A stretch of DNA of 64,000 bases, from positions 9,558,581-9,622,580 of the forward strand of contig OZ037767.1 in the NCBI GenBank assembly GCA_964035545.1, given 5' to 3'. The translations under genes were made by a program, and so were the position numbers. The notes beneath the pieces are model-generated. The model was not told the DNA's origin. It did no database searches and saw nothing but the letters and a program-made list of their open reading frames with translations. Source of the stretch: Bugula neritina (taxonomy: Eukaryota > Animalia > Bryozoa). Below, piece by piece: positions 28,101 through 43,100 of this stretch (position 1 is the first letter of the stretch; the number at the start of each line of letters is the position of its first letter).

Positions 28101-31100
28101 CTCCACTGCCAGACATCACCTGGAAACAGAGAAAGTGCAATCTACTGCTCTGTACATGTGTGTAGTGGTACAGTGCTCTCTCCGTATCTCACTAAGCTAC
28201 GGGTCCCGAAACCTCAATTCGTGTTGTAGTATAATACTAGATTTAACTCACGGATCCATTAAATTTGGCCATTTTTTCATTATACACCCAAATAAGTAAA
28301 AAAAACATGGGTCCAAGCCCTATGAAATTTCATGAGAAATAGAATCACGAGATATGGAGGAAGCACTGTACAACACACTCCATGTGTAATAGAAGGCAGA
28401 TATAGCGTAACAATAACATAATAACGTAATGTTCACAATGTACAAGTCATCATATTTATGAGAAATGAAAGCAAATTGCTGAACTGCTGATGATCTAGTT
28501 GTAGTAGATAATAAAAAATAAATAAATAGAGAAGAATGAAGGCTCTTCCCACAGAATGGATATTCCTAGCGTGCAGTTATTGCAAAAAGATTATCTAGTG
28601 CTATGCACTGGCATGTAGAATTACTGATAAATTATCAACTTCTGTGTAGTACAATACTGCCAACCAACAGGTTATTCATTGTTACATTGTTTGGCAATTG
28701 AATGGACGTCAGCATTACTCAACTAAAGAGAGATGAAGTAGTAAGAGTAATTAATTATAAGTTATAGCTGATGTTGCACAGGGCTGCTGCTTACTCAGTT
28801 ATAGACTGAGTAAGCATATTTCAGTGAGCTGAATCTCATGCTCGGGTAAAGGGAAGACAACTCTATCATCAAAATGACAACGCAATAATCAGAATGTATT
28901 TACTAGGTTTAGCTACTACGCATATAACATATTAAACTCTATATTTGAGAGCATTTAAAGAAGATAGAGTTGAAAAATTTATCTTAGACGAAAAGTTTGT
29001 TTTACACCATTCTTCACTTCAATTACTTCACTGCAACATGTTGGTGATGTACTTTAGTTTGAGATAATGATGATACCCGGTAACATGAGTAAGCGTATAA
29101 TTCAAGGATAGATGACTTTACATGACCTGGTTGATATAGTTATGTGTGGGTGGTTGGTAGAAAGTTATCATACAATATATATATAACTGCAAATACTACC
29201 TGGCCAATAGAATAGCTGGTACCAGGTAGGAAAACCAGCAAGAGAAGGCAAACCTAACCAGAGCCAATCAGACTCGGCACTACCACGGCATAAGATTGAC
29301 CTGGAATTCACTCAAATATGTCCCAAGCTGCTGTGAGAAAGCCAAATATGTGAGTCACTACTCACCAGGCCTGTTATATTATTCAATAGGGTATCTGCTT
29401 TGAGCATTGAGTACACCTACAGCACCCCAGCTGAGTTCAACTTCTTGAAATTCATTGACTAAAATCATTAGCTTGACATTCCAGTCTAAGTAAATCAACT
29501 CAACAATTTGCTGAAAGCCTTTAAAATTGAGAAAACCCACTCTTAAAAACTCCTTCTATGCTACAAACTTTTAATTAAATTTGAAAAGTAAATTTCTACA
29601 AGAAAACACAAAATATTCAAACAATATTATGTGAAAAAGAATAGGGAGTGATTGGACATGTTTTGTAGGTCAACTGTACTGTAGGTTATTAGTTACCAGA
29701 GATTTGATTGGCTACAGTTAAGTAGCTATATTAAACTACTGAGAGACAAAGTGACAGGAAATATGTTAAATTATAAAATACTTGAACATGTAAGTGAAAT
29801 TAGAAAGCCACTGAGAAAGCATAATGCTGTTTATAAAGAGAGTGAGTGGTTGAGTACATTACTGAGCATATAACACACAGTAGCATATAGTTATACAACA
29901 ACCATATACATTGTGTTATTTAAGTGCAACTAATAATACAGTGCTCTCTCCATATCTCACAAAATTCCATAGATCACGAGAAGGGCTTGGACCTTTTTTT
30001 GTGGCTTATGTATATAGGGAGAAAATGACAGAATTTACTAGATCTGTCAGTTAAATCTGGTATTCTGGTATGTCATGAATTGAAGTTTCAGGACACAGCT
30101 TAGTTGCAGCATTCTAGCTGTTCAAACATATCAATACTATTCAACAAACGAGTGCGCTGTAAAAATTTAGTAGCATATAATCAAAATATTGTCATAAACA
30201 TTATATTCTAGGAATTATATTTTAGGAATTATAATATACACAGAGTATGTAGCCTGGTCTCACCATGGCCACAGAAAGCAAGCACGTGCAGAGTGCATTC
30301 TCCAGAACGTGCTTTCCTGATTGGTCAACCAATGACGGCTTCTGGGATATTTCTAGAAACTTCTCCGTATAGCTTAGCTAGAAAATCATTACACCATATG
30401 CAATTATAAAAACAGTAGATAAATTAAAATGCTATTCGAGTCCTAAATAGATTCTTATGATGTGATTTCATTCAGCCAATTGAATATATGATTAAATAGT
30501 GTGAACCAATCGACAGCTCCGACTTATTCATCCACACTGTAATAGTTCTAACAGCCGAATGAACAATATTTCACACACATATATAGTCAAAACACCAGCT
30601 AAACAAAGGACAATATGAATTATAAAACTTCCATTTAAAAAATTGTTTTGAAAATAGCTACAGATATCAGCATCATATTGAGACAAGCCTGTGTTTACAA
30701 ACACGCTAACAATATTTCCTACAGTATGCAAGCTGCAAATTAGAGAAAAAAACCTGTTTTCGACAGCAGTGCATGCTTATAGTGTTTACTCTGTTTCAAA
30801 AGTTCAAGCACCGCAGCAGGTGCTCTCAGGTGACATTATGATTCTACATAGCGAGTTTATGCAGAGTACTGTATGCAAGTTGCGAATCTATACAGAAAGA
30901 AGACAACTCCTATCTCACTAATACAGTAACTACTACAATACTACAGTAACTACTACAATACTACAGTAACTGCTACAATGCTACAGTAACTAATACAGTA
31001 ACTACAGTCTGATATGCCATGTTAACTTACAAGGGTTTTATAGGCACTTTTGTTCCAAGTTCCAGCAAACTTGAGTCCAATAGACATACACGCACCACTC

Positions 31101-34100
31101 ACTATGTAGCAATAAGCCTGGCTAAAAATAGCACAACTTACAAATAAAAACATGTCCTACAAAGAATACATAAACAAATATATTATATATTGTCTAGACG
31201 TAAACATTTTAAAAAGCAATATATACAGCATATGTACATTACAGTAAAACTGTGATGGTTTTTACATAGTGAAATCTGTGAAACTAAGGCTATTATAAAA
31301 TTACAGAGATGTTAGACTATTTATTAAGTGATATCCTTCCGATTCTGCACATTCATTGATTTTGTGTTCATTTCCTGATTGATCCTAGCAATACAAATAC
31401 AAAAGTTCCTTGTTTATTTCGAGTAGTTGCCAACAAGGAAAAATTCTAATTAAACACACGATTGATCAAAGATTATCAATTGCAACAATTAAAAAAGTAC
31501 GCAAAATGGGTTTAGGAAACGACACTATTAAAGAGGAGGTGGGACGTTTACACTTTAGACTGAGGCCCACGAACTCGGGTCCACAAGGACACTTACTGAC
31601 CTGTGGGTCTCATAGTCAACTGAGCTGGAGATTTGCTGACTAGGGCGTTTAAAGGCATACTTGGCCACAACATCTGGCAAATAGTCATGTAGCCACTGAT
31701 CCGTAGGCAGCACAGTCTCCCACATGATCAGAGAGAGAGCAATTACCTGCAGCAGACACAGACACTGTGAGGTGAGACTAGAGCCATCAATCTAGACAGA
31801 CCGGACAAACCACTCAATGTTAAGAAATTAAGATGAATCAGAGATTCTGTTTTTTGCCAAGAAACATGAGTTATTGAAGTCAATGACATAGAGAAAGTTG
31901 GCAGTTGCATGGAACAGCTGGCAATGTGGGATAGACTCTGCCGTCTCACATGACCGTAAAAACTCACAATGAATAAAAAACCATTAATCAAAATCAAAGG
32001 GTGCTAAAATTTGAATATTGCGTAAATATGGAAATGCTTGAATGAATATATAGCAAGTAAAGGAATATAACTTATTAGTATGTAAATGCAGGGGCAGTCT
32101 GATGTACAACCGGAAACCATGAATGGAGTCACCAATTCCTGATAAAATACAAATTTATAAAAAAATTGTCACAGTACATTACACGATACTTTACTTACAG
32201 CCAGCATATTGCAAAAAAAGAAACTTAAGAAGTCAGGTGATTGTATTACGTGTATAAACAATTTAATATCTGTAAATATAGTAGTTTGTAACTCTAAAGA
32301 AGGAAGACAAGTTTTGGGTTTAACTGAAATACATTCGACATCAGTCACTACTAAAATGCTTAGTAAAAATGAGTTATTTTTTGGAAAACCTATAATAGAA
32401 AATATATTTCTTAATGAAGAAACTTGGTTTGTGACTAAGTCACAAATACTGCTGATTAATGTAACATATATGCAGAGTATGAGCCAATTTCACTTTCATC
32501 TCCGGGTCTTTGAGAGGGGAGAATGCTGAAAATTATATAACAAGTATGAGTATGTTGACAGCCAATGCGGACAGACTCTGCAGAAGTGGAATTGGCTGCA
32601 GAAGGCCAGAGTACAACAACTACTCAATTCTATACCTACAGACTACAGCAGTTCCCACTGAGTGTAAACAACTCCAAACAAATACCGCTACACCTCGATG
32701 TCTTCAGTACTGACCCTAATCTGTAGGAAGTCCGGACGAATAGTCTCCAGGATGTACTGGGTTTGTGGCAGTTTCAGCCAATCATAGACTGCTTGAGATT
32801 TTGTGTTGAAGTAAGTTAGGCCTAAAGCCAAGGTAGCTCCGACGCTGGTCACATCTATGTTAATCATCTCCCCTTCATACACCTGGCCATTGCTGGCGTG
32901 ACTGGATGGCACACTACTGTTTTTAAACTAATAAAACATAAACAGGAGTTTAGTAAAGAGCAGTTTACAATTTGCTTTTCACAAATTACTTCAAGTTCTG
33001 ATACAACTGGTTGCTTTTGCGATAGAGTGCTTCCCCTCTCCCCCCTCCCCGTAGCTCACAGATCACTTTTGTACGAAAGTTTAAGATTATTCTTACATGT
33101 GGTTTGGAAATTATGACCAGCATAAAATATTCTCACCATTTCAGATGACTTATGTCCACCATTAATCAATAAACACAGGTGATTGGTTATGTTGAGATCA
33201 TGTAGTCCAATCATATTATCTCCTTTACCCATCAGTACCATCCCTGTAATAACATATTACCACTTTCAATATAATGTACACTAACAACATAATTTAATGT
33301 AAACCAACAAGATAATATAATATACAACTCTGCATAATATGATGCATATGCCTAGCATACTGTAGTCGTCAATAGTTCATACAAGTATGATAAAACTGAG
33401 TAAAGTTCTTAGTATATTATAACCTATACATAGTATGAGTTCCTAGTATATTATAACCTATATATAGCATCAGATCCTAGTATATTATAACCTATACATA
33501 GCATGAGTTCCTAGTATATTATAACCTATACATAGCATGAGTTCCTAGTATATTATAACCTATACATAGCATCAGTTCCTAGTATATTATAACCTATACA
33601 TAGCATCAGTTACTAGTATATTATAACCTATACATAGCATCAGTTCCTAGTATATTATAACCTATACATAGCATCAGATCCTAGTATAAAGTAAAACTTT
33701 ACCCAAAGCAAGTCCGGCAGCCAGAGAGTAACTCTCCCTATCATTAGTGACATTCTTGCTGCCAACTTCAGGTGGGTGGTATATCTCATGTAACAACACT
33801 CCAGCTATAAGTCTATAAAGAGACACACATATATGTACATAGAGTAGACAACTACCAGACAGAGTGTATATTATATAGAGTGATTATGTAGTCATGATAT
33901 TCATATTTCAGTTATTAGAAAAGAAGTAGTGAGGTAGTACAGTAAGTTACAGTAGAAGTAAGTTACAGTAGAAGTAAGTTATTGTAGAAGTAAGTTAGTA
34001 GTAAGTTACAGTAGAAGTAGGTTAGTAGTAAGTTACAGTAGAAGTAGGTTAGTAGTAAGTTACAGTAAAAGTAGGTTGGTAGTGAGTTACAGTAGAAGTA

Positions 34101-37100
34101 GGTTAGTAGTAAGTTACAGTAGAAGTAGGTTAGTAGTAAGTTACAGTAAAAGTAGGTTGGTAGTGAGTTACAGTAGAAGTAGGTTAGTAGTAAGTTACAG
34201 TAGAAGTAGGTTAGTAGTGAGTTACAGTAGAAGTAGGTTAGTAGTAAGTTACAGTAGAAGTAGGTTAGTAGTAAGTTACAGTAGAAGTAGGTTAGTAGTG
34301 AGTTACAGTAGAAGTAGGTTAGTAGTAAGTTACAGTAGAAGTAGGTTAGTAGTAAGTTACAGTAGAAGTAGGTTAGTAGTGAGTTACAGTAGAAGTAGGT
34401 TAGTAGTAAGTTACAGTAGAAGTAGGTTAGAAATGAGTTACAGTAGAAGTAAGTGAGCAGTAAATAAAAGAGGGTCATTAATATGTTAGTAAAGAAGATA
34501 GTAAAACTAAGGCAGCTGTAAAATGATTCACCTGTGAGAACTAAACTGGTAGAGAAGGCCAAGACCAACGAGAGCGGCTATCTTAGTGCTGTGAGCTATG
34601 TCTAAGTGTGTAGTGCTGGCAGGGAGCAGTGCGGGGGTGTGTATAGTCAACAGTCGCGCTGTGGACACGTCCATTGTCCCTCTCCTACAGTAACACAATC
34701 TTTATATACTAGAATCATGGCTAAACTCTGCCTGACACAGCAAAATATATTTACATATCATATTTATTAAACTTTTAACACTAACAGCTAAAATTAATTG
34801 ATAATTATATATTAGGAGAGCATAACTCTAAATAAATACATACATGGAGGCAGATATTCCCAGCAGTATGCCAACAGCAGTCATTTCATGACCCTGAAAT
34901 ACAACAGCGTATTAGTATGTTGATACAACACAACGAGTGCACCATACCTGTACACCTGGCACATTCTCAGTAACATCACACCTACAGCTGACATACACAG
35001 ACCATTTACACCAGGAAATACTAAACACTGTAACAATGCCACACCTTAATCATGTAGTCATGCAAGCTGAGTCGAGCCAGGTTTTTCAAGTGTCCATTCA
35101 AACCCAGTGCCATGAGGAAGCCTGCGTGTTCACTAACCAGATTCAACTCATCCATTTCTGCTACTTTCGGCTACAAAATCATAAAAAAAAACAAAATAAA
35201 TGAAATAAAAACCATCCCGTACATCAAAATGAAAAGATTCCAGCATCTTGTGGTTATCTATAGAACCTGCTGAATAATAAATCATCTGCACTACCACCCA
35301 AGAGGTGTGAGAGAAATAACATGATGCAGTGAGAGTAGACAACTCATAAATATATTAAAAACAACTAAACTTTTATGCGTAGTTGGTTAGGGCAGGAAAC
35401 CTGTAACCTACCAAGTGTTGGTATGAATATAGCAGAAAGTCAACAGCAACGCCAACTCAAACTAATCTTACTTCATCATTTTACAAAACCTTTTTCAAAC
35501 AAGAAAATTGTTCAAATTATTCTATTAAATCCATTTGCCTGTTTCCAGCTACAACCTACCATAGTGTGCTGATATCCTAATACGTTTAGGTGCGGCCAGC
35601 AGTTACACCATCCTAAGTAACTTTGAGCTAACACCTTTACAACAGGTTGATGTATCTCTCTCATATCAAACACAGTATAAAATTGCATCAATATCCAACA
35701 CTACTTGCATAAAGTGATCATACTTTATATGTGCTTTACAATTAGTCACAAGTTACTCAGTCCCTTCACCACAGCCACAAGTTACTTCAGTCTCAGTAGA
35801 ACAGCGACTGGACTAAAGTGTCTCAGCTAAAAACTTACCTTATTAAACAGAATCCAAGCTGTATCAACCTCGGCCGTATCGTCCACACAGAGACCAGCTG
35901 CCACGCCATTATGAAACGCAGGCCACACAGACAATCGTGAAGCTGAATGGCTTTGAGTATCGTTACTGAGTTCTACGGAAGACTGGGTGGGGTATGACTT
36001 GCCCGACAAACACAGCACTGGTATATGCAGGCTCTCAGTCAATACGAGTTTATGACTTTTCAATGACATCATGCCTCTACAACAGAAAGTTACTCATTTG
36101 AAAAAAGTAGCAAAACTAGTCACTCTAAATTATATATACACTGTACAGTTTTTTGCACTGAACTAGGCTCACAGACTACACTTCATCTCGGTTAAGGTTT
36201 ATGGTCAGTCCACTAGCAGTTCATATTGTTGATCCAATTATAAAACTAGAATGGCTCAGCTAAAACTCAGCTATATAGCAGGCTACTTCACCAAGTATTG
36301 CTAAACATTAAGCTGCTGCATAAAAGAACACTTTTTATTTTAAGCTATTTATATAAACACATAGCTATGCTAAAAATTCCTCCCCAAACAATCTACACAT
36401 AGTTATTGCTTCTGGTAACCTAATTAGAGTCGTTGCTCATTTACCCAAACACACTATGGCTTAGTCTAGTGTAAGAAACTGTACACACATACTAATAGAA
36501 CCAAGGACAGGTAACTCTGCTCACCTGCCCACCGGCAGCGCCATTGTACGCTGACAAATAGCCAACAAGTGACGCTGCTTCAACTCTATGAAATGGTGGT
36601 CGCTTGTTTCTGGCTTCTGCTGCAGAGTTATCTTAGCTGGTTGACTGGAGATTAGACATCTCTTGACCTCCTCCACCCTCAGGTCACACCCCCACCTCAT
36701 CTTCAGCACTCGCTCGTCCAGCACCTCCATCCCACTCAGCTGTCTTAGCTTGCTCGTAGCTGACGCCTGGTGTATCAGCAGCTGAGTAGATTCGTCATGA
36801 CTCGGTGCTGACTTTCTTGCAGGATGCCGTGTCACGGGCAGCAACTTGGGGTCTGCTAAAGCAGCCATGTCCAATCTGTAATGTAGAGGGGTGTTCTTTA
36901 CTTTGTCAGTCTTATCATGGCACAAGAAAATTGAAAGCCAAGAGATTCCATAATAATATACTTCTACACAATGAAATTCACTCAGTTTGAGAAACTTAGG
37001 CAGGAGATATAAATATATATAATCATAATGTTACATTACACAATTACATTAAATTAATTTTAAAGTATATTATTACATTATATTATATTTATTTTATAAC

Positions 37101-40100
37101 ATCATATTATATTAAATAAAATTGTTTACAAACCGGTTGATGAGTTTGAGGGCAGCACAGGGCCATGTGACCTTGGCATTAGCTTGGCACTTATATATCA
37201 CTTCATAGAGTACAAGGCTATATGCAAAGGGCAAGCTATCCAGCAGGAATTGATCAACTCCTATAAGACGAAATACACACTATATACACTGCTCCAGCTA
37301 GTAAAGCTTAGATCCACGTTGAGACAGGCACAGGAAGTAGATAAGTTGAGACCTGAGGCTAGACTAATGCTGTACCCAAATGCCTTTTATTAATACCAAA
37401 CAAGTTATTGAAAAATCACAGAAATTAAGACAATCAATATACTCTGAAATAGCCACAATTTGTAAATTTGTAACAATAGACTTATTTATTTTGCCGTGTG
37501 CAAGAAAAAGCCAAAAACAGCCCTAGCTTATGCAGGAAATAACATGTGAGATGTAGCACATCTACCGGTCCTGGTGTGTTAACACAACATCAGTTGATTA
37601 CACTGACCTTGCTGACACATATAGAGCAGCATCATCTCTTCCACGGACTGGTGACTCACATTCAGATCAGGTGTCGTTTCCTGGTTGGCTACGCTAGACC
37701 TTCGACCTACCAGACAGCACATAACATGATAGTCAGCATGTACTTGACAGAGTGTGTATTATGGTGTATAGTAGACATTTTGGTGTTTACCTACATCAAC
37801 CACTGCAGTGTTTTATAATCTTGAAACATTCATTCTACAATGTCAAGAGACTACAGTTTACAGACACACCCACTGCGGACTAGAGACACACCCACTACAG
37901 GGTCGAGACACACCCACTACATTTGAGAGACATACCCACTACAGGAAGAGGCTGGAGGAAATCTAAATCCAGATCTGAGTTATTCAAACATCTCTGATGA
38001 TACATGGCATACAACTAAAACAGTAATAAGAAGATGGTATTAAAGAATGCTGAGATGACTGTGTAGCCTTGCTGACCACTAACGCTGGAGAGGATATAAT
38101 TTACAATGTAGGTACAGAAGGTAGGATACACGTGAGTACCTTAGTTAGTAGCTCCAGACGCCGAGTCACACAAGGTAAGTAAAACACTGTATCTGACGCT
38201 GTCTCTTTCCGTAAAACTGATGCCAACATGACTGGCAGCGACTGCGTGTGTTGAGGAAACCAGGCAGGGGGCTGTATTTGACTGGGCAGAGAGATTTCAC
38301 TCCAATAGAAAAGGTCAACTGTAACTAGATCTGGGAAATCTTTGAGGTAGATCATCTTATACTCGGATAGCTGAAGGCATGTTGACAGTTTGACTAGTAG
38401 CTCAGCAAATCTCTTTAGTGATGTGGGTATGGGTGTGCTTAGCTTCATCTCCTGTAGAATTATGATTGTAAAGGAATATGCTAGCCAGATTAACTGGTAA
38501 TAAGAATGCACTTGTTATACTTAATATACTATAATAATAATTTATTGGTTATATATGGCAAAATAGTTATTTTGCATATATAACTGGCGGAAGTTTAGAG
38601 TCGCCATCTCTGTGAGAAAACCCTTGATGGAAAGAGTTTTTTGTTAAGTTGGGCTAAGAACTTATTCAGATGGAACATAAAAGCAATTGTGACTGGATGC
38701 TCTTCCTTACATCACTAATGGCCTTTACTGGGGTCCGAACAGATGACTTCGTGTTTACTAAGCAAACGCTCTAACCCCTAGACCACATGGCCTTTACTGG
38801 AGTTTGAGCGCATGACTTTGTGATTACTAAGCCAATAGCTGTAACACCTAGACCACAGCACCTCCTTATTTTGCGTATATAACCAACAAACTACACAAAT
38901 ATAATTTAGTTGGCTGCATTATACCAACTCGTCCAAACATATTGCAGAGACTAAACCAATATTCTATTACACAGAGTTAGCAGAAGAATTCATTATATTC
39001 CACTAACTCAGCTGAACACAATAAACACATCCTACCTGACACATTAGTATGGGATAGACTACAGAAACATTACCTCATAGCAAAGGTGAAGGATGAAGTA
39101 GACAACATGAATATGATTGGCTAAAGGAGCATTGATATCTATAATCTGATTGGGTGTAGATTCAGCCAACTTTTTTTTCGTCGTATCTGATTGGATACCA
39201 CTTGTTTCATCATCCAATGACAGTTTAGGTTTAGATATTGTAATAGTAAACGATTCTTCATTGGGTATTTTTAAACCTAAAGTAGAATTTATGGTTTAAT
39301 ATGCATGCATGGAAATCTTATGATAGATAGAAACTGCAGATTTCCTTTAAAATAGTACAAAGAAGTTGAGAATATTTTGAATATAATTTTTGCGAATTTG
39401 CTGAAAACGTTCTGATTCCAACTTCTAAATCAGACTTTGTAAAACTTGAGCCAGATAGATTAGTTATTTCTATTTTTTTAAGACAACTCCCTATTAATCT
39501 CACAGGTGGCTAACTTTAGAAAATAGTGTTAGGCGCAGCGCAATTTATCACACACACTGCGTTTCCATGACTTCGCATTACGGAGATGAATGTTCGTACG
39601 CATGGATTTGTGGTTGTAGTTTGCATGAACTTGTAGTTGTGGTCTCATTCGATGCAACTGTTTCCAAATATTTGCATAATGCGAAGCTAGGCAACTTAGT
39701 GATACTAAAATATAGACTGGCTAAGTGTGCTCCTAACTAGGTACATGTACCTAATAGAAATAACATTCTAAGCTCTAATGTATCAGATAATAAATGGATC
39801 ATGTCTCTATAAAATGACACCAGAGGCCAATATTTAACTAATCAGGAAGGAAAATGCTGCTTTTAAAGTGCACAGCTATAAAATTTGCCAGCTCTGGTGA
39901 CAAGCTTTTCCTACTAACCTGTCAGCGCTGTTGCCATACCAGCTTAAACATGCTGTACAAGATTACACACTCAGGAAGTACAAACTAATTGATGTAATGA
40001 AATTATTTTCTAAATTTCTAAATTTTCAGTTAAAGCACTAAAGTGATGTTTGAGGTTCTAAAGAAATCGAGAAAATTGAACAGCTTCGACAAACTTATAA

Positions 40101-43100
40101 CAAATTTAGAAAGTGAGATTTGTAAACTACCAAGAAGATGAGCTTTCTTCTCATAGAACTTGGAACGCTGACAGGAGAGCATAGCCCTAAAGTCAGCATC
40201 TGAAGGTTGGGGGGTGGTCTTAGCACGCTTCTTTGACAGACTCGGTGAAGAAGGCTCACTCTGGCTCTATAAACACAAAGAAGCCTTAACTGAAAGAAAC
40301 ATAACCTAATGTACTAAGAGAATGTGTGGCCAGCTAAACTATTTTACGTAAATTTATACAGCTATTTGCATCAAATACTAACCATACAATACTGCAAAAT
40401 CTGAGAAATTGTAATACCTTCTCCAAGTCACACAGCCAACATGATAACTTAAATTGGACAATACATGAAGTGACCAGCAAATATTAGAGTATAAAATAGA
40501 GTTCTACTAACATCAGCTATGCATGAAAATCCACACATATCTAACAGATACTGGAAAAAGGCTTCTAGCTCATCTTTACCACCTTCACCCTGGCCTGAAA
40601 CATATAATCATATCTTAGATATGAGGACATCACGTTCAGACCCAACAAATGTGAGATAGTTCAGTATCATTTGTATAGAAACTAATATCACCATAGCATA
40701 ATAATAACATAATATCAATAATCAATGTCAATGGAACAGTACGAGTATATTACCAGCATAGAGATGGCAGGTAATATGTATATTAGCACAAAGTGATAAT
40801 AAAATACAGGCATAGGTACAGTTACTGCTAGTAGCCAATAGTAGGCTAATAAAAGACTTGATAAACGTTTTTAGCCAATACCCAAATAGTAAACCAGAGC
40901 TAGACTACTAGTAGTTATAGTTAAAGGTAAAAGTTATAGTGAAAACAGTGATGAGTCACAGGGTTAGCTGATGAGAAGTTACCTGCAATATTTCTAACCA
41001 GATACCATCGAGGTAAAGCCTGCATGCCTATGTTATGTGGTAGATGAGCGGAGAAGGCTTTGACGCATAAACCAACCACTGGATCCATGAAAAGAGAAGG
41101 CAACTCTGTTGAGCACATCTCTCCATTCAATAATTTCTAAAAACATTCCATTTTTATTACTTGAATGATGCCTAACAGCCCAAATTAGTTGGTATTTCAA
41201 CCTCTAGCACAACCTACACTACACTCCACAGTACACTACACAGTACACTACATAGTAAACCACACAGCACATCACACAGTACACTACACAGTACACCACA
41301 CAGTACACTACATAGTAAACCACACAGCACATCACACAGTACACTACACAGTACACTACATAGTACAACACACAGTACACTAGATAGTACACTACACAAT
41401 AGCTATACCACACAGTACAGTATAGACTCACCAAGACTACTCTGTACTTAGTAACTGAATGTAAAGAGCTCACAACTCTATCACAGTTATCAGTTCGCTG
41501 TAGAAAGAAGTGGGCGGAGTCATCAAGTTCTTGCTGAACAGGAGACCAGCTGACTTCCTGTAGACAAACACATCTCTAGTGAAACCAAACAACAGGAATG
41601 AGACCATCTAATGGTATACTTTTGAAAATTCATGCTAGAGCGTGCTGATACCACTGCAAAGCCTGTGTGCCCTCATCAGCTACACCCACCGTTTTCAGTC
41701 ACATAAAAACCCATAAGTTTATAGTCACTATCCCTGTGAGAAACCCTGGCGGAGAGGCTTTGTAAATTAGGCTAAAGATTTATTCATATGAGGCACAGGA
41801 GCAATTATGACTGGATGCTCTTCCTAACATCATTAATGGCCTTTACTGGGGTCCGAACCCATGACTTCGTGTTTACTAAGCAAACGCTCTAACCCCTAGA
41901 CCACAGCGACTCCCAGTTACATAAGCTACAAGTGTTATTTTACTGCCTAGTGGTGGTACAAGATGAATTACTCCTAGCAGTAATCACTTGTATCGGTAAT
42001 CAATACGCTGATTGTCTTGATAACCAAGTTTTTTATCATTTGCTGTGAGTAGAAATTGGGAAAAATCAACTCAACTTGGTGAAAAGAACTTCCTATTGTT
42101 TACAATTTAGCCCTATTTTTCTATTGCTATTTCCAAATACATTTTCATCAGAATTTAACTAAAATCAAATACTTCAATCAAGAGATGCCTAGTATCTAGC
42201 TACTGTTTAATTAAAAAAGTGTTTTAAATTTTCATCGGGTCAACTGTACAGGAGTTCAATGAGAAGACAGTTTTCAGCTGCAAGTACTGCGTAACAGCTT
42301 ACATCTTGTGAAGTGTCAAACACCATGTTATGCAGACCAGGAGTGTGCTGTTTAGAGCTGCCTTTAGCGCTGCCGGGTCTGCTGGATGCCCGAATGGTAC
42401 TCCTAGAGGGAGCCACAGGAGTGGTGGAGAGACTTTCCAGACTGGATCTGAAGGTCAGGTGTGGTATGTACAGCATGGAAATCTACAGTTGAGAAAACAA
42501 AGGATCCCGACATTTTACAGAGTAACTTGAATATCACACGCAGAGCAGAAATAGGAAAATAATTACTTGCCAGATGTTCATCTAATGAGATAGTTTTATT
42601 CAAACCGTTCTGACTACTCAACTGTTACAAATACGAGTATAATAATATATAGTTAGAGAAAATAATTTACCAACATTTTTGAATTAAATGGGCTTTAGTG
42701 ACATTTACGGCACTCATGTGGAGTACAAGAAGCACGATAAATCTAACTCAACATTAAGTTAAACAATTTATCAGTTTCTGGTGCCTAAACTCTCACCTTG
42801 ACAATATAATTAAACAATTCTACAAAAACTGCTGGAACGTAGTGAGAAGTGAGTCAACGTACTGACTACTAGTAGAACTAGAGACAGACATTTCAATGAT
42901 GTGCTATTACACACCTGTACACTGCCTGAGTAAAGGCGGATGTTAGACTCTAGGTCTAATACGACTATCATATTGAGGGACGGCGCGTGACACGCATCCT
43001 TTGCAGGAATATTCACAGAACTTCCAGGAATGATCAAATCTGAGGCCACATTACTTGATCCTAGCTTTATACACCTACAAAATTTAGCAATATCAAACAC

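Noticed and set aside
33963-34568. Repetitive ORFs (also 7110..7583, 22256..22528, 26160..26642, 41189..41473, 56377..56647)
   Set aside because: They are translations of tandem repeats; host gene frames splice cleanly around them.
39318-39503. ORF as an extra ANAPC1 exon or nested gene
   Set aside because: Flanking exons join in phase without it, the total length already matches the expected APC1 size, and it has no recognisable motif.
41835-41913. Functional tRNA gene
   Set aside because: Stems are degenerate and it is fused to a repeated body with TSDs, so it is a SINE head.
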